Sequence record: MW825358.1 | Strand: one strand, 5' to 3' | Length of the DNA stretch: 64,000 nucleotides | Part shown: piece after piece, positions 43,967 through 54,256 of the stretch | Numbering within the stretch: the first letter of the stretch is position 1 | How the letters are laid out: each line of letters opens with the position of its first letter | Notes under the pieces: generated by a model | What the model saw: only the letters and a program-made list of their open reading frames with translations | Told to the model about the DNA's origin: nothing | Databases searched by the model: none | Translations under genes and position numbers: made by a program

Positions 43967-46426
43967 ATGAGGATTGAACGTTTGGAGCTGTATGGCTACA
44001 AGCGGCTGCTGTTGAACAACATCCGCCACTTTACCTACACTCCGACCCAAACTTACCAGCTGATCCTGGGGACCAACGGGTCCGGGAAAAGCTCGTTGCT
44101 GTATGAACTGTCACCGCTGCCGGCTGCAGCGGCTGATTACATCAAAGATGGCTTTAAGATCATCCATCTCTCCCACCGTGGCCAGCAGTACGTGTTGACC
44201 TCCACCCTGAAGACCGGCAAGCACAGCTTCCGGTGCAATGAGGAGGAGTTCAATCCGGGCGGCACTGGTGAGGTGCAAAAGATGCTGGTCCAGCAGCACT
44301 TTGGCATTACCCGCGATATCCACGAGCTGATGACCGGTGAACTGCGCTTTACGCAGATGTCCCCAGCTGAGCGTCGCAAGTGGATCACGGCTATCTCCAA
44401 GGTGGACTACGCCTATGCCATGGCCACCTTCAAACGCATTGCCTCGCGCACACGCGATCAGCAAGGTGCTTTAAAGCACGTGAACCAGCGTCTGACCCAG
44501 GAAACCCATAACCTGCAAGCACTGAGTGATTTGGAAGGGTTGGACGAGCGGGCAGCCAAGCTACAAGAAGAACTGAATGTGCTCATGCTCGAGCGCATTC
44601 CCAACCTGCCTTCCTTTACCAATCAGCAACAGCGCATTCACCAGCTGTGCGATCAGATCGTGGCAGACTCACGGGAGTTCTTTAAGTCCCTGGCGTATCT
44701 GCCCAACGGCAAGCATTATCAGAGCAATGATGATGTCAACCTGGACTTGCAGCGGCTGGATAGCAACCTCAATGCCACCCAGACCATGCTCGATCGCATG
44801 GGCAATGAATACTCAGAGATGGAAACGGTGGTCAATGCCGTGCAGATGGATGCCGGTGAAGACCTAGACGACCTTCCCCACCTGATTGAACAGCAGCAGC
44901 TAGAAAATGAGCGCTGGCGCGCCACGCCGACGGTGTTTACCAACTTGCTGGGGCCGGAAGAGATTCAGCGGGACTGGCGGGCAATTGCCGATGAGGTCAT
45001 TGTCACGTTCCGCTCCTTGCCCGATAACCGGGATCGTCGTTACTCCAACGAATCCATGCAGCATGCCCGTGATGAAGTCCAGCGGCAACAGAACTTCATT
45101 GACGGTACGATGGCTAAGATCTCCAATCTGCAAACGCGTATGGCCGCCATGCGTGAGGCCCAAGAGACCCAGTGCCCAAGTTGCAAATACATCTGGCGTC
45201 CAGGCTACTCAGATGAGGAGATGCAGCAGATCCAAGAACAAGTCACCTACTTGGGAACAGAAGTCGATCGGGTCCGGGTGCTACGCAAGGAGCGGGAAGC
45301 ATTCTTGGAAGAGGCCGATGGCTACGCTGCCCTCTACCGACGCTTTCGCGGATTTGTCCAAGGTTATCCACGCCTGCAACCGCTGTGGGACTATATCCTG
45401 ACCAACCAGCTATTGCTCAATGACCCCAAGTCCAATGTGGCCTTGTTTGAAGTCTGGCGTGTGGATCTAGATGCCAATGTCCAGTGGCAGATTGGTCTGA
45501 AGCGCTTGCAGCATTACTTGGATGTGCAAGAACGTCAAAACAGCCTAGGGGATCAGGGGCACTTTAATCGCCGCATGCTGCGCTTGCATGAAGAGATTGC
45601 CCAAGCCACCCAGCAGCTGTTTGAACAACGCCTTGAGCGTGGGATGGTCGATAAGTACTACCGCAAGCTGGTACGTGCCCAAGAGCTGGGTCAACGCATG
45701 GAGGCGGCTTATACGGAAATTGAAAGAATCCGTGCAGGCTTGCTAGATGCCATCCGCAATGAGGTCATCGATGAAACCGTTCGTAGCCACCAATTGGAAA
45801 TGGGTGGAATCTTGCGCAAGTTGTCTGAGAAAGAAGGTCAGGCAGGCATTGTGCGGGATCTGGAAACTTCTCGGGCCGATGTGGAGGTCGATGTCGAGGC
45901 CATGCGGCTATTGACGGCGGCCTTATCGCCCAATGAAGGACTCATTGCCGAACAGCTCTCAGGTGATATTGGTTGCCTGGTGGCCCAGCTTAACTCGATC
46001 ATTGCTTCAATCTGGACTTACGGGATGAAAGTGATCTCCTGTGGTCTTGACACAGGTGAGTTGGATTACAAGTTCCCGGTGGAATTTGAAACCCACGACA
46101 ACCGCCCGGTAGATGTCAGCAAAACCTCGAAAGGACAGCGACAGGTCATTGACCTGGCCTTTCAGTTAACGGCCATGCTCTACATGGACTTTACCGACTA
46201 TCCTTTGTTTTTGGATGAGCCCGGTGAAGGCTTTGATGAGCAGCACCGCATTGGCTTGATGAGTTTTGTCAAGCAGCTGATGGATGCCAACCAGCACTCC
46301 CAGTTATTCATGATCTCCCACTACGCCTCTGGCCATGGGTCCTTCGTGGGTGCTGAGACTTTGGTGCTTGATGCGTCCAATATTTCCGTGGCAGGGGACT
46401 ACAACAAACATGCGGTCCTTGCGTAA
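43967..46426 (+). CDS. sbcC: SbcC/Rad50-like SMC ATPase (phiKZ gp165-like)
   Basis: Walker A GTNGSGKS, long coiled coil with CPSC zinc hook, signature SKGQ, Walker B LFLDE, ISH. Confidence 0.92.
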   Translation: MRIERLELYGYKRLLLNNIRHFTYTPTQTYQLILGTNGSGKSSLLYELSPLPAAAADYIKDGFKIIHLSHRGQQYVLTSTLKTGKHSFRCNEEEFNPGGTGEVQKMLVQQHFGITRDIHELMTGELRFTQMSPAERRKWITAISKVDYAYAMATFKRIASRTRDQQGALKHVNQRLTQETHNLQALSDLEGLDERAAKLQEELNVLMLERIPNLPSFTNQQQRIHQLCDQIVADSREFFKSLAYLPNGKHYQSNDDVNLDLQRLDSNLNATQTMLDRMGNEYSEMETVVNAVQMDAGEDLDDLPHLIEQQQLENERWRATPTVFTNLLGPEEIQRDWRAIADEVIVTFRSLPDNRDRRYSNESMQHARDEVQRQQNFIDGTMAKISNLQTRMAAMREAQETQCPSCKYIWRPGYSDEEMQQIQEQVTYLGTEVDRVRVLRKEREAFLEEADGYAALYRRFRGFVQGYPRLQPLWDYILTNQLLLNDPKSNVALFEVWRVDLDANVQWQIGLKRLQHYLDVQERQNSLGDQGHFNRRMLRLHEEIAQATQQLFEQRLERGMVDKYYRKLVRAQELGQRMEAAYTEIERIRAGLLDAIRNEVIDETVRSHQLEMGGILRKLSEKEGQAGIVRDLETSRADVEVDVEAMRLLTAALSPNEGLIAEQLSGDIGCLVAQLNSIIASIWTYGMKVISCGLDTGELDYKFPVEFETHDNRPVDVSKTSKGQRQVIDLAFQLTAMLYMDFTDYPLFLDEPGEGFDEQHRIGLMSFVKQLMDANQHSQLFMISHYASGHGSFVGAETLVLDASNISVAGDYNKHAVLA

Positions 46427-46442
46427 GGGCAAGGACCGTTTC
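46413..46442 (+). terminator. Intrinsic terminator overlapping the sbcC stop
   Basis: cggtccttgc-gtaagg-gcaaggaccg, then tttt. Confidence 0.7.
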
Positions 46443-46456
46443 TTAAGGAGAGAGGA

Positions 46457-47725
46457 ATGAGAGATACAGACGCAACCAAGCGTTATCGTCCGAGTGCGGC
46501 CGAGTTAAAACTTGATGCGCGTGTTCAACAGCTGGGACAGACCTTGCATCAATTCAGCATGCGTGTGCGCTCAGTGTTACCCGGCGTGGGTGAGCTGGAC
46601 ATGGGTCAGTATTATAGTCAACTTCCCGTGTACGGTAACTACCTCAGTGACGAAGACATGCTCAATGGCTATGGTCCACGTTTTGTGGCCAAATACCATC
46701 TGGCGCGCAGTGATGCAGAGCGTCAGGCACTGTTAGACACCTTACCCGCCACAGGTAACTACGGTAGCTCGTTTTGGACTGACCTGCCGTTACTCACTGG
46801 CCATTGGGAATTCGGACACTTTGACCGCATGCTCGGTGACATCGTCTCCCCCATATGGGCCAACTGGTTAGAAGGGGTAAAGGTCGATTCTTCGATTCGT
46901 GAAGCCCTTGATCTGCCGTGGAATCAAATTCCGCAGTTGGAAGTCCAGGCCGATGACACCGTACAGGTACCCGCAGGCGTGGAACTCATCCGCTACAAGA
47001 CCAGCGAGCGCGAGGGTACTGACGGTTGGCGTAATAAGGTCACCATCCCTGCTAAGGAAAAGCTCTTGGCTTTGGTGGGCATACCGGAGCTGTCTGCATA
47101 CGTAGTCATTGAACACTTGCACATGAACTTCAGTAGTCATCGGTCCCGGGATATCCCGCGGATTGAAGGCTGCATCTGGTGGAACCAACACGAACTGTGC
47201 TGGAACTCCACCGGCCCTAACTTTGATCGCAAGTATCACGAATACGTTGTGCGTCAGTATTTGGCTGCCACTGGTATGCCGGAACTCAACTATGTCAGTG
47301 ATGAAGAAATGCGGACGATGGGTGAGGCGTTGTTGGCACATTTGCAGGCCAATGAAGCCTGGTATGCTGAGGCACTGAAATACCAGGGTAAAGTAAAGTC
47401 CACAAAGGTTTCCTTGCCGGGTGTTTGGGAGCTTAATTTCAGTCGTAGCAGCTACAGCAATGATGCTACGATGTCACCACTCTTTGGCAACGTCGACCCC
47501 AACTACCCCAAGCACTGGGATGTGGCCTACAACTTCAACAAACACAATGTCGCTCCGCTGTATGCACTGTCCGACGATGGCTTTAACTATCTGCGGGCAA
47601 CACTACCCATCTCCCCCTACAAGCGGCGAGAGGTCATTGACGCGGTTATGCAATTTATCAATGCCGATCCTGAAGCCTTGGTGATTGTGCATGAGCCACG
47701 CGATACAACGTTCGATGATGATTGA
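46457..47725 (+). CDS. Hypothetical protein
   Basis: 422 aa with strong RBS aaggagagagg; no recognised motif. Confidence 0.7.
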   Translation: MRDTDATKRYRPSAAELKLDARVQQLGQTLHQFSMRVRSVLPGVGELDMGQYYSQLPVYGNYLSDEDMLNGYGPRFVAKYHLARSDAERQALLDTLPATGNYGSSFWTDLPLLTGHWEFGHFDRMLGDIVSPIWANWLEGVKVDSSIREALDLPWNQIPQLEVQADDTVQVPAGVELIRYKTSEREGTDGWRNKVTIPAKEKLLALVGIPELSAYVVIEHLHMNFSSHRSRDIPRIEGCIWWNQHELCWNSTGPNFDRKYHEYVVRQYLAATGMPELNYVSDEEMRTMGEALLAHLQANEAWYAEALKYQGKVKSTKVSLPGVWELNFSRSSYSNDATMSPLFGNVDPNYPKHWDVAYNFNKHNVAPLYALSDDGFNYLRATLPISPYKRREVIDAVMQFINADPEALVIVHEPRDTTFDDD

Positions 47726-47779
47726 TTTCTCCGGCCGCTAAGGTCTGTTCTAAGTACCCTTTAACCACAAGTGACATCC

Positions 47780-48820
47780 ATGTCTAAGAAGAAAGAAACC
47801 GCCGTGTCTTACTTGCGTATGCCGGCCCAGACCATCGAGCTGTCCAAGCGTGTGGACCTGATCATGCAAAGTCAGGTTCAGTTGGCACAAGTCCTGGCCA
47901 AGCACCTGCCCGCTGCAGCTGCATCGGATCTGGCATTGGTCTTTCAGCAGATCGAACAGGCCAAGGTCCAGATCGAATCTGAGGTGGGCCTGTTGGTCCT
48001 GCAAGGTCATGGCGCCAAGGGCGCACTGGCTTCTACCAAGATCGCCACAGAAGCCACTGAGAAGGCGTTCAAGGCCAAACTGGTCCCCATCGCCACCGCA
48101 CCGCTGACGGTAGATCTGCTCATGGCGGTGTTGGCTCAGCACCTGACGGTGGATACGGCCAATGGTCCGCAGTGGCTGCTTCCTAGCAGTGAGCTTTATG
48201 GCGTGTTGGTACAGGAAGGATCCAAGGTTAAGGACACCGCGGTGACCGACCTGGCCGATGGGATCTACCTGTTCAACGAGGGTGATCAGACCACCTACTC
48301 CCTGCGCTTGCAGGTGGGACCGCATCTGTTGACCTATTCGCCGCTCAGCGGACCGCGTTTGGTGACCTACAGCGAAGTGGAAGAAAGCTACATCCCACAT
48401 CGGGCCTGGCAGGTGGTGGAGCAGGAAGATTTCCTCACGGCCATCCAGAACTTCTTCAGCAAGTCCAACGTGCGTGAGGTCAATGCCAAAGACCTGGAAA
48501 TTCTGACCAAGAAGTTCCGCAGCCTGCCTGAAGAGATTCAAACTCAGCTGGGCCAGCTGGACAGTGATTCGGGCAAAGCCCAGATGTTGGTCAGTGAGGT
48601 CTTTGTGTTGGAGATGGCGCCAGGTGTTTCGACACAGATCCGCGGATTGCGCGATGATCTGGCCTGGGAGAGCCTGAGTCTGGTCACCCGTCGTGGCATC
48701 TACCGCACGGCGCTGGCGGTGATTGAGGCAGCTGCCAAGCAAGCCAAGGACGCTGCTAAGGAGACGCCCGTGGCCAAGGCGGTGAAGAAGGCCACCAAGT
48801 CACCTAAGGCTGCCAAGTAA
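47780..48820 (+). CDS. Hypothetical protein with Lys/Ala-rich C-terminal tail
   Basis: Biased codons; ends AKETPVAKAVKKATKSPKAAK; alternative GTG start at 47771. Confidence 0.75.
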   Translation: MSKKKETAVSYLRMPAQTIELSKRVDLIMQSQVQLAQVLAKHLPAAAASDLALVFQQIEQAKVQIESEVGLLVLQGHGAKGALASTKIATEATEKAFKAKLVPIATAPLTVDLLMAVLAQHLTVDTANGPQWLLPSSELYGVLVQEGSKVKDTAVTDLADGIYLFNEGDQTTYSLRLQVGPHLLTYSPLSGPRLVTYSEVEESYIPHRAWQVVEQEDFLTAIQNFFSKSNVREVNAKDLEILTKKFRSLPEEIQTQLGQLDSDSGKAQMLVSEVFVLEMAPGVSTQIRGLRDDLAWESLSLVTRRGIYRTALAVIEAAAKQAKDAAKETPVAKAVKKATKSPKAAK

Positions 48821-48830
48821 GGAGTCTGTC

Positions 48831-49307
48831 ATGGCAATCCAACGTATTAAGCTGACCCCAGCTGAGGTGCGCAGTGCGATCGACAAACTTCATGTTGTCA
48901 ACTTGAGCTTTGCGCAGTCTGCTATTGCCGCTGCGCCTGATAAATCTCATGTCAGTGCAGAGCAGGCCGTGATGATGGCCATCGAACTGTTGGGGTTGAC
49001 TCGGGTCATTGAGTTGATCAAGCGCAATGGGGATGTGGTCATTATCTGGATGACGGTGTTGGAAGAGATTGGTTGGGGACGAGGCTCGGTCAATGCCGAT
49101 GTGCAGTTCTCCATTCTGACCAACTCCATCAAGTCGGTGGTCAACCGCGAAGCTGCCACGGATCTGAAGAAGCAAGAGTTGGTTGTCCAGCTCATCAAGA
49201 CTTTGGATATCGAGCTGAGTTGGGAGACCTTTATCGTCCAGAAGCTGTTGTCTGACAAACAGATCAACATTCCCTGGGTCGTGCTTTGTAGTAACGATAC
49301 GCTGTAA
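48831..49307 (+). CDS. Hypothetical protein
   Basis: RBS aaggag; co-oriented operon member. Confidence 0.7.
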   Translation: MAIQRIKLTPAEVRSAIDKLHVVNLSFAQSAIAAAPDKSHVSAEQAVMMAIELLGLTRVIELIKRNGDVVIIWMTVLEEIGWGRGSVNADVQFSILTNSIKSVVNREAATDLKKQELVVQLIKTLDIELSWETFIVQKLLSDKQINIPWVVLCSNDTL

Positions 49308-49312
49308 CGACA

Positions 49313-49354
49313 GCATAGCGTCCCTCCTGCCCGAAAGCAGGAGGGACTTATGCC
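49313..49354. terminator. Bidirectional terminator, GCATAG/TTATGCC flanked
   Basis: gtccctcctgc-ccgaaa-gcaggagggac. Confidence 0.8.
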
Positions 49355-49356
49355 GG

Positions 49357-49974
49357 TTAAGGGTCTTGCTGTTGTAAGGCCATCAAGGCCTGCTCAAGAT
49401 TGGCAATGCGCTCTGCCTGAGCATCGATGATCACCTGTTGGGACAACACCGTGGCCCGATCTGTTGTGCGATTCGTAATGGCTGCCTGGCGCGCTACCTC
49501 CAGCGTCGCGTGCTGTTCGGCAGTGACCACACCGCTATACGGAGCCACATGTTCATTCACCGTATTTTCCACCCCGGTGATATCTGAAGCCACTGCGGCC
49601 AGCTGTGCTTTGGCATAGGTCAGATCCACCGCATCAGGAAGCGGTCCTAACAACACCGAAATGACAATGCGCTTATACGCCACGCCGGTAATGTCAGGAA
49701 ACTTCTCAATGAAGCTATCAGGGACATGAACCACACTGGCCGTCTCTGATTCCAAGGTGATGATATTGGCCCCAGCGGCCATATCTGCTTCGTATTGCTC
49801 GCGGCTGACTTCCTTAGGCGCGTAGTACTTGGTGTACACGTCCTCGCCACGTTCGGCAAAGTCACGGAAGCTGCGAATGGCAATACATTCATACTGCGTA
49901 TCGCTGGCAATGACCCAAGGCGTGCGCAGGGTGTAAAGACCCTTGGCGTGCAAGGGAGGCGTATTGAGCGCCAT
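49357..49974 (-). CDS. Putative virion structural protein (phiKZ family)
   Basis: PPLHAKGLYTLRTPW, VPDSFI..FPD, SLGPLP-like motifs; C-terminal coiled coil. Confidence 0.65.
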   Translation of the reverse strand: MALNTPPLHAKGLYTLRTPWVIASDTQYECIAIRSFRDFAERGEDVYTKYYAPKEVSREQYEADMAAGANIITLESETASVVHVPDSFIEKFPDITGVAYKRIVISVLLGPLPDAVDLTYAKAQLAAVASDITGVENTVNEHVAPYSGVVTAEQHATLEVARQAAITNRTTDRATVLSQQVIIDAQAERIANLEQALMALQQQDP

Positions 49975-49986
49975 GGCAAGCCTCCG

Positions 49987-51735
49987 TTATTCTTCTTCAG
50001 GGGTCTCGGTGGTATACACGTGCAAGGTAAAGACCTTCGAGGCCACCGTGCTGTTGGCATCGGTCACCTTGACCGTGACTTGGACATCGCCTGCAATCTC
50101 AGGACTACCGGTGAACACACCCGTATCCGGGTCGATCTCAGCATCTACCATGCGATAGGTATCGCTCATTTCCACCAGTTCGATCACATACGGAGCCTCA
50201 CCGCCCACTGCCACAAACTGCGTGCTGTACTCACCGGCGGCAATATCCGCATTGGGCATGGCCACCAGACCCACTGCACCTTCTGTGGTGATCTGCAGGG
50301 CATCCACCGAAGCCGGCGGGAAGTACTGCTGGACAGACTGACGCGAGGCCACCAGGTACTGGACATTACCGTAGTTGCTCACCACGTACATGAAGGTCTC
50401 GCCTTGCGCGTTGGTGCGCTTGAGACGGGTCATGTTCTGCGGCATATCGGAGAACTCGGTCATCTCCTCTGCAACCTTGAGCATGGCATTGAGCAAGGTG
50501 ACCCAGGCTTGGGTCTCAGGCTTCATGCGGTCAAAGTCCAGCGAGGAGGTGAACACGGCGATATAGTCCGGCCACTGCTCTTCAAAGCGGTCAATGGCAT
50601 CGCGGTTTTCCGGACCTCCCACGACCAGCAGTGATAAGGACTTGTAGGTGCAACCCACCACCGACAGAACGGTATCGATATGCTCTTGCGTGTAACCGGT
50701 GCCTGTGGCACTGCGGCGGGCCGTGGCCAGCGCAGCCAGCGCATTGACCGAAGGAGAATAGACACCTTCTTCAATGGTGGAGTTGGGAATGGCCAGGTTG
50801 GACCACAACGGGGTGATGATGAACTCAGTGCTGGTGAAGATGTCCGGGAAAATCACCGCCCACTCTTCGCGAGTGTGGGTGGAATTGGCCAGAATCCAGT
50901 TAGCCAGACCTTCCTTGATCGAATCCACGTTATCGCCGGCAGCGCCGTAGATCACAAAGGTCCAATTGGTTGGCAAGGTCCAGGTACGATCATTGGGATC
51001 GTGATACAAGAAGGACAGGGTCCGGATCTTGGTTTCCGGCATACCGTTCTTGACCTGATGGATGAGAATCATGGTCTCTTCCATCGTGCGTGCATCGATC
51101 TTGGTCTTGACCTGATCTGAGAGCAGGAAGAAATCATCTAAGCGGTCAGCCGCAATCGGCGGAACAAACTCCAGATTGAATTCATCATACTCACCGCCAA
51201 AGGCGGCATCGGCAAACCACAGCTTGATACGGCTGCGCGCCAAGTCGGCTTTTTCTGCATCACTCCAGGTCGCGCCCAACCCATCGATGTTGACATAGAA
51301 GGTAATGCTGGCCGGCAGGTACACCCCGTCTTGGACGGTCATCTGTCCCACCAGAGCATCGACGATCTTCCCGTCAAACTCAGCCTGCAGCAGCTGGCGG
51401 CAGGTTTCAGCATTGGTGTTGAAAGTACCACCCACGGCCTGGGAGTGCATCCACTGGATCATGGACAGCATCAGGCTCTGGAACGGCACCGGCACGGTGT
51501 AGGCCGGCTGGGCCGTGGTGCGCGAGGAAAACACCGACAGCTCAAGGCTGGTGGGGTTATTACCGGCGCTGGTGGTGTAGTACAAAGCGCGGTCCTTGGC
51601 ATAGGTCGCGCTGTAAAGAGAAAGCTCGCCCAGAGGAGCGGTTTCATAGCGGTCGTTATCCGCAAAAGCACCGATGGACACAAACCCCTTCAGGCTATAG
51701 GTGTCCGCCAGGCTGACGTTGTTGGAATCACTCAC
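49987..51735 (-). CDS. Virion structural protein with a C-terminal Ig-like domain
   Basis: LGELSLYSATY, W...FPDIF...EF.I.PLW motifs; C-terminal GGEAPY...IDPDTGVFTGSP...VTVKVTDAN He_PIG-like domain. Confidence 0.72.
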   Translation of the reverse strand: MSDSNNVSLADTYSLKGFVSIGAFADNDRYETAPLGELSLYSATYAKDRALYYTTSAGNNPTSLELSVFSSRTTAQPAYTVPVPFQSLMLSMIQWMHSQAVGGTFNTNAETCRQLLQAEFDGKIVDALVGQMTVQDGVYLPASITFYVNIDGLGATWSDAEKADLARSRIKLWFADAAFGGEYDEFNLEFVPPIAADRLDDFFLLSDQVKTKIDARTMEETMILIHQVKNGMPETKIRTLSFLYHDPNDRTWTLPTNWTFVIYGAAGDNVDSIKEGLANWILANSTHTREEWAVIFPDIFTSTEFIITPLWSNLAIPNSTIEEGVYSPSVNALAALATARRSATGTGYTQEHIDTVLSVVGCTYKSLSLLVVGGPENRDAIDRFEEQWPDYIAVFTSSLDFDRMKPETQAWVTLLNAMLKVAEEMTEFSDMPQNMTRLKRTNAQGETFMYVVSNYGNVQYLVASRQSVQQYFPPASVDALQITTEGAVGLVAMPNADIAAGEYSTQFVAVGGEAPYVIELVEMSDTYRMVDAEIDPDTGVFTGSPEIAGDVQVTVKVTDANSTVASKVFTLHVYTTETPEEE

Positions 51736-51772
51736 TTGTTTCGCTCCATTGGCTGAGAGATCTTGGTTAATC

Positions 51773-51778
51773 TATGAC
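51773..51778 (+). promoter_or_regulatory. Candidate late promoter TATGAC for the spanins
   Basis: About 40 nt upstream of ATG 51813. Confidence 0.4.
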
Positions 51779-51812
51779 GGAACTCTATACCATTAAACCC
51801 CGAAAGGTCCCT

Positions 51813-52391
51813 ATGTCTGCTTTGACTCTACTGCTGACAATCGGCCGGGAGTTGTTTCCGTTTTTAAAGGAAGCGCTTTTGGAAGGACTGACCTTCCGCG
51901 CTTGGTTGAAAGCCAATGTCTCCACGGCTTTGTGGTTACTGATTACTGGACTGATGACCCTTGCTCTGGCCCATACCACCGATCAGCTCGCGCTGGCCCG
52001 GAAGAATGAGCAGGCGGCCCTCAGCACGCTTAACCAGCTCCAAGAGCCGGTCAAGCAACTTGCAACAAAAGCCATCGCCCTTAAGGATGAGAATGCTTTG
52101 CTCAAAGTCGATCTGGCCCAGTTGGTCGACGCTGCCGATGCAAGCTCCAAGAAGATCGAGCAGTACGAGCAGTGGGCAGACCAATGCGGTCTGCAACCGC
52201 TCATGCTGCGTAACACCTGTCCGGCTAAAACCAAGGCTGCTCGTCAGTCTGCTCCAAAGACGCCACCTCGGTGGCAACCCCCGCAACATTCCACCACTCC
52301 ACAGCCAACTGAAGAGGAAACCCAAAAGCGCGGCTTGATGCAGCGCATTAAGGATGCTCTCAGTGGCAAGAAGAGGAATCAAGACGAATGA
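51813..52391 (+). CDS. Putative inner-membrane spanin
   Basis: N-terminal TM segment (ALWLLITGLMTLALA), then a periplasmic coiled coil and Pro-rich tail; directly upstream of a lipoprotein. Confidence 0.68.
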   Translation: MSALTLLLTIGRELFPFLKEALLEGLTFRAWLKANVSTALWLLITGLMTLALAHTTDQLALARKNEQAALSTLNQLQEPVKQLATKAIALKDENALLKVDLAQLVDAADASSKKIEQYEQWADQCGLQPLMLRNTCPAKTKAARQSAPKTPPRWQPPQHSTTPQPTEEETQKRGLMQRIKDALSGKKRNQDE

Positions 52392-52714
52392 AATACCCGG
52401 CGATGTTACTCATCGTGGGGTTACTGACCAGCTGTGTGACGGTCACGGTTGTGCCGCCTACCTCCGGTGAGGTGGGCGGTTTACCGCCTGTGCCCTCAAG
52501 CGGCAAAAAAGCCGAAAGCTGTACACAGTATCAACCCCCTCGACGTAAGGCTATTCCCGAACCCCCGACCCTGACCGAGGCCGATCTGGATGTGAAAGAC
52601 CGTTTGATCAAGGTCCTGGCCGAACACGGCGGGGCATTACGTACCTACATTGAAGATGAGCACGAAGAGGAAGATAAGGCTTTACAGCGCCACCAGGTCG
52701 AATGTCCGCCGTAA
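52388..52714 (+). CDS. Putative outer-membrane spanin (lipoprotein)
   Basis: Signal peptide with lipobox LLTS-C, Pro-rich mature part, ATGA overlap with the previous gene. Confidence 0.72.
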   Translation: MKYPAMLLIVGLLTSCVTVTVVPPTSGEVGGLPPVPSSGKKAESCTQYQPPRRKAIPEPPTLTEADLDVKDRLIKVLAEHGGALRTYIEDEHEEEDKALQRHQVECPP

Positions 52715-52722
52715 GGAACGTA

Positions 52723-52754
52723 AAACCTTACGGCAAATCGCAATACTAAGATAG
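52723..52754 (+). promoter_or_regulatory. Candidate middle promoter for RNase H
   Basis: aaaccttac matches the phiKZ middle consensus AAanntTAC; followed by ggcaaat and gatag. Confidence 0.5.
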
Positions 52755-52775
52755 GTGGATCCAAACGGACAACTC

Positions 52776-54239
52776 ATGAGCAACGAAACAACTCAACCCA
52801 CCCACGGTGTGTTCTACACCGATGGTGGCTGCGACAACCCTCACGTGGCCGGCTGGGGTCTGCACGGATATCTGTTTTTGCCTGAACCTGCCAAGCAGGG
52901 AACGGGTAATCCCAAAGCCCTGCCCACGGCCACAGGCTACAAGACCGGCGCAACCGGTAAACCCGATATTTCCCTGACGCATTATGTCGATGCGTTTGGT
53001 GCCATCAACAGCAATGCCACCAACAATGTGGCCGAGCTGCAAGCTGGGCTGTCAGCCCTGAACCTGGTCAAGCAAACCGGCATTAAGAATGTCCATCTGA
53101 TGATCGACTCCAAGTACGTCATGGACGGCTTTGATCGTTGGATGTACAACTGGAAAAAGGCCGACTGGCTCCAGCCGGACGGTTCCCCGCGGGCCAATGC
53201 TGCCATGTGGCAGCAGATGTATGACCTGAAGTCAGAGATGCTGGCTGATGGGATCAAGTTCACCACGCAATGGGTGAAAGGTCACTCAGGTGAGTTTGGC
53301 AATGAGCGGGCCGATACCTTGGCCACCGCCGGTAAGATGGCCGCGCGTAACAACACCCCGATCGAATCGATCAAGGTGGTGGAGGCCAAAGGCTTTTGGT
53401 CGGCCAAGAGCGAGCGCAATCGCATGCTGTCTCTACCTAACTGGTACTTTGCAGCTTACGGCAGCAATGCACCGATGGCCCCAGGCGATCGCCATGGTTA
53501 CTATATCGGCACGATCCGCACCGATGTGGAACTGATTGGTAAGGCCATTGCCGATGCCAGCTTTGCGGTGGTCTACCTCAAAGAACGTGATCCGGTCTTG
53601 GACATTGTCAAGGCAGGCACCGAGGACATGTACGTGGGTCGCCCGCAAGGGGTGATGGTGGGTTATCTGGATGAAATCTTTAAGCCGGCTTTGTATGAGC
53701 AGCTTTCAGATTACGGCCGGAACCTGCTTTTGAAAGACCGACGCAACCGTCGTTTGTCCACGCAAGACAAGAAAGTGGTGCTGCACGAAGCCAACCCACC
53801 GGGTCTGTCATTTCGCTTGATGGATCACTTGGGAATCTTGGAGGACCGTCTCCAATCGTATCTCAAGTCGGATGTGAAGACGCAGTTAAGAACTACCGAC
53901 TTGACAACGCTAATCTATGAGACAACAACTGCGAAAAGCAAAATAGTTGTTAAGCTCAGTCAAGCGATTACGACCGGAACCAAGTCGGTGAAGGTTGAGG
54001 GTAACTATTTCGTGGATAAGAGCACTGACAAGCAGCTCCCAATCACGTTGACCGTTGCCCAGGATCTTCCCGACCGCAACACCCTCTCGGCCTTGGCCGT
54101 TGAAGGCGTGAAGGTCACCTTGCTCACCTGGCCAGAGTCCACCCGTGCGGTGCGCTTTGCTGTGGTGATTGAGGCTAACGGCGACGTCGGTATCTGGGCC
54201 GGGCCATACTCCAACCTCCAGATGCTTCCGTTTTCTTAA
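52776..54239 (+). CDS. rnhA: Ribonuclease HI with long C-terminal extension (phiKZ gp155-like)
   Basis: FYTDGG, TNNVAEL, IDSKYV, N..MW, WVKGHSGEFGNERADTLA RNase HI catalytic motifs. Confidence 0.93.
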   Translation: MSNETTQPTHGVFYTDGGCDNPHVAGWGLHGYLFLPEPAKQGTGNPKALPTATGYKTGATGKPDISLTHYVDAFGAINSNATNNVAELQAGLSALNLVKQTGIKNVHLMIDSKYVMDGFDRWMYNWKKADWLQPDGSPRANAAMWQQMYDLKSEMLADGIKFTTQWVKGHSGEFGNERADTLATAGKMAARNNTPIESIKVVEAKGFWSAKSERNRMLSLPNWYFAAYGSNAPMAPGDRHGYYIGTIRTDVELIGKAIADASFAVVYLKERDPVLDIVKAGTEDMYVGRPQGVMVGYLDEIFKPALYEQLSDYGRNLLLKDRRNRRLSTQDKKVVLHEANPPGLSFRLMDHLGILEDRLQSYLKSDVKTQLRTTDLTTLIYETTTAKSKIVVKLSQAITTGTKSVKVEGNYFVDKSTDKQLPITLTVAQDLPDRNTLSALAVEGVKVTLLTWPESTRAVRFAVVIEANGDVGIWAGPYSNLQMLPFS

Positions 54240-54256
54240 CTCCTGAGGTCCTTTCC

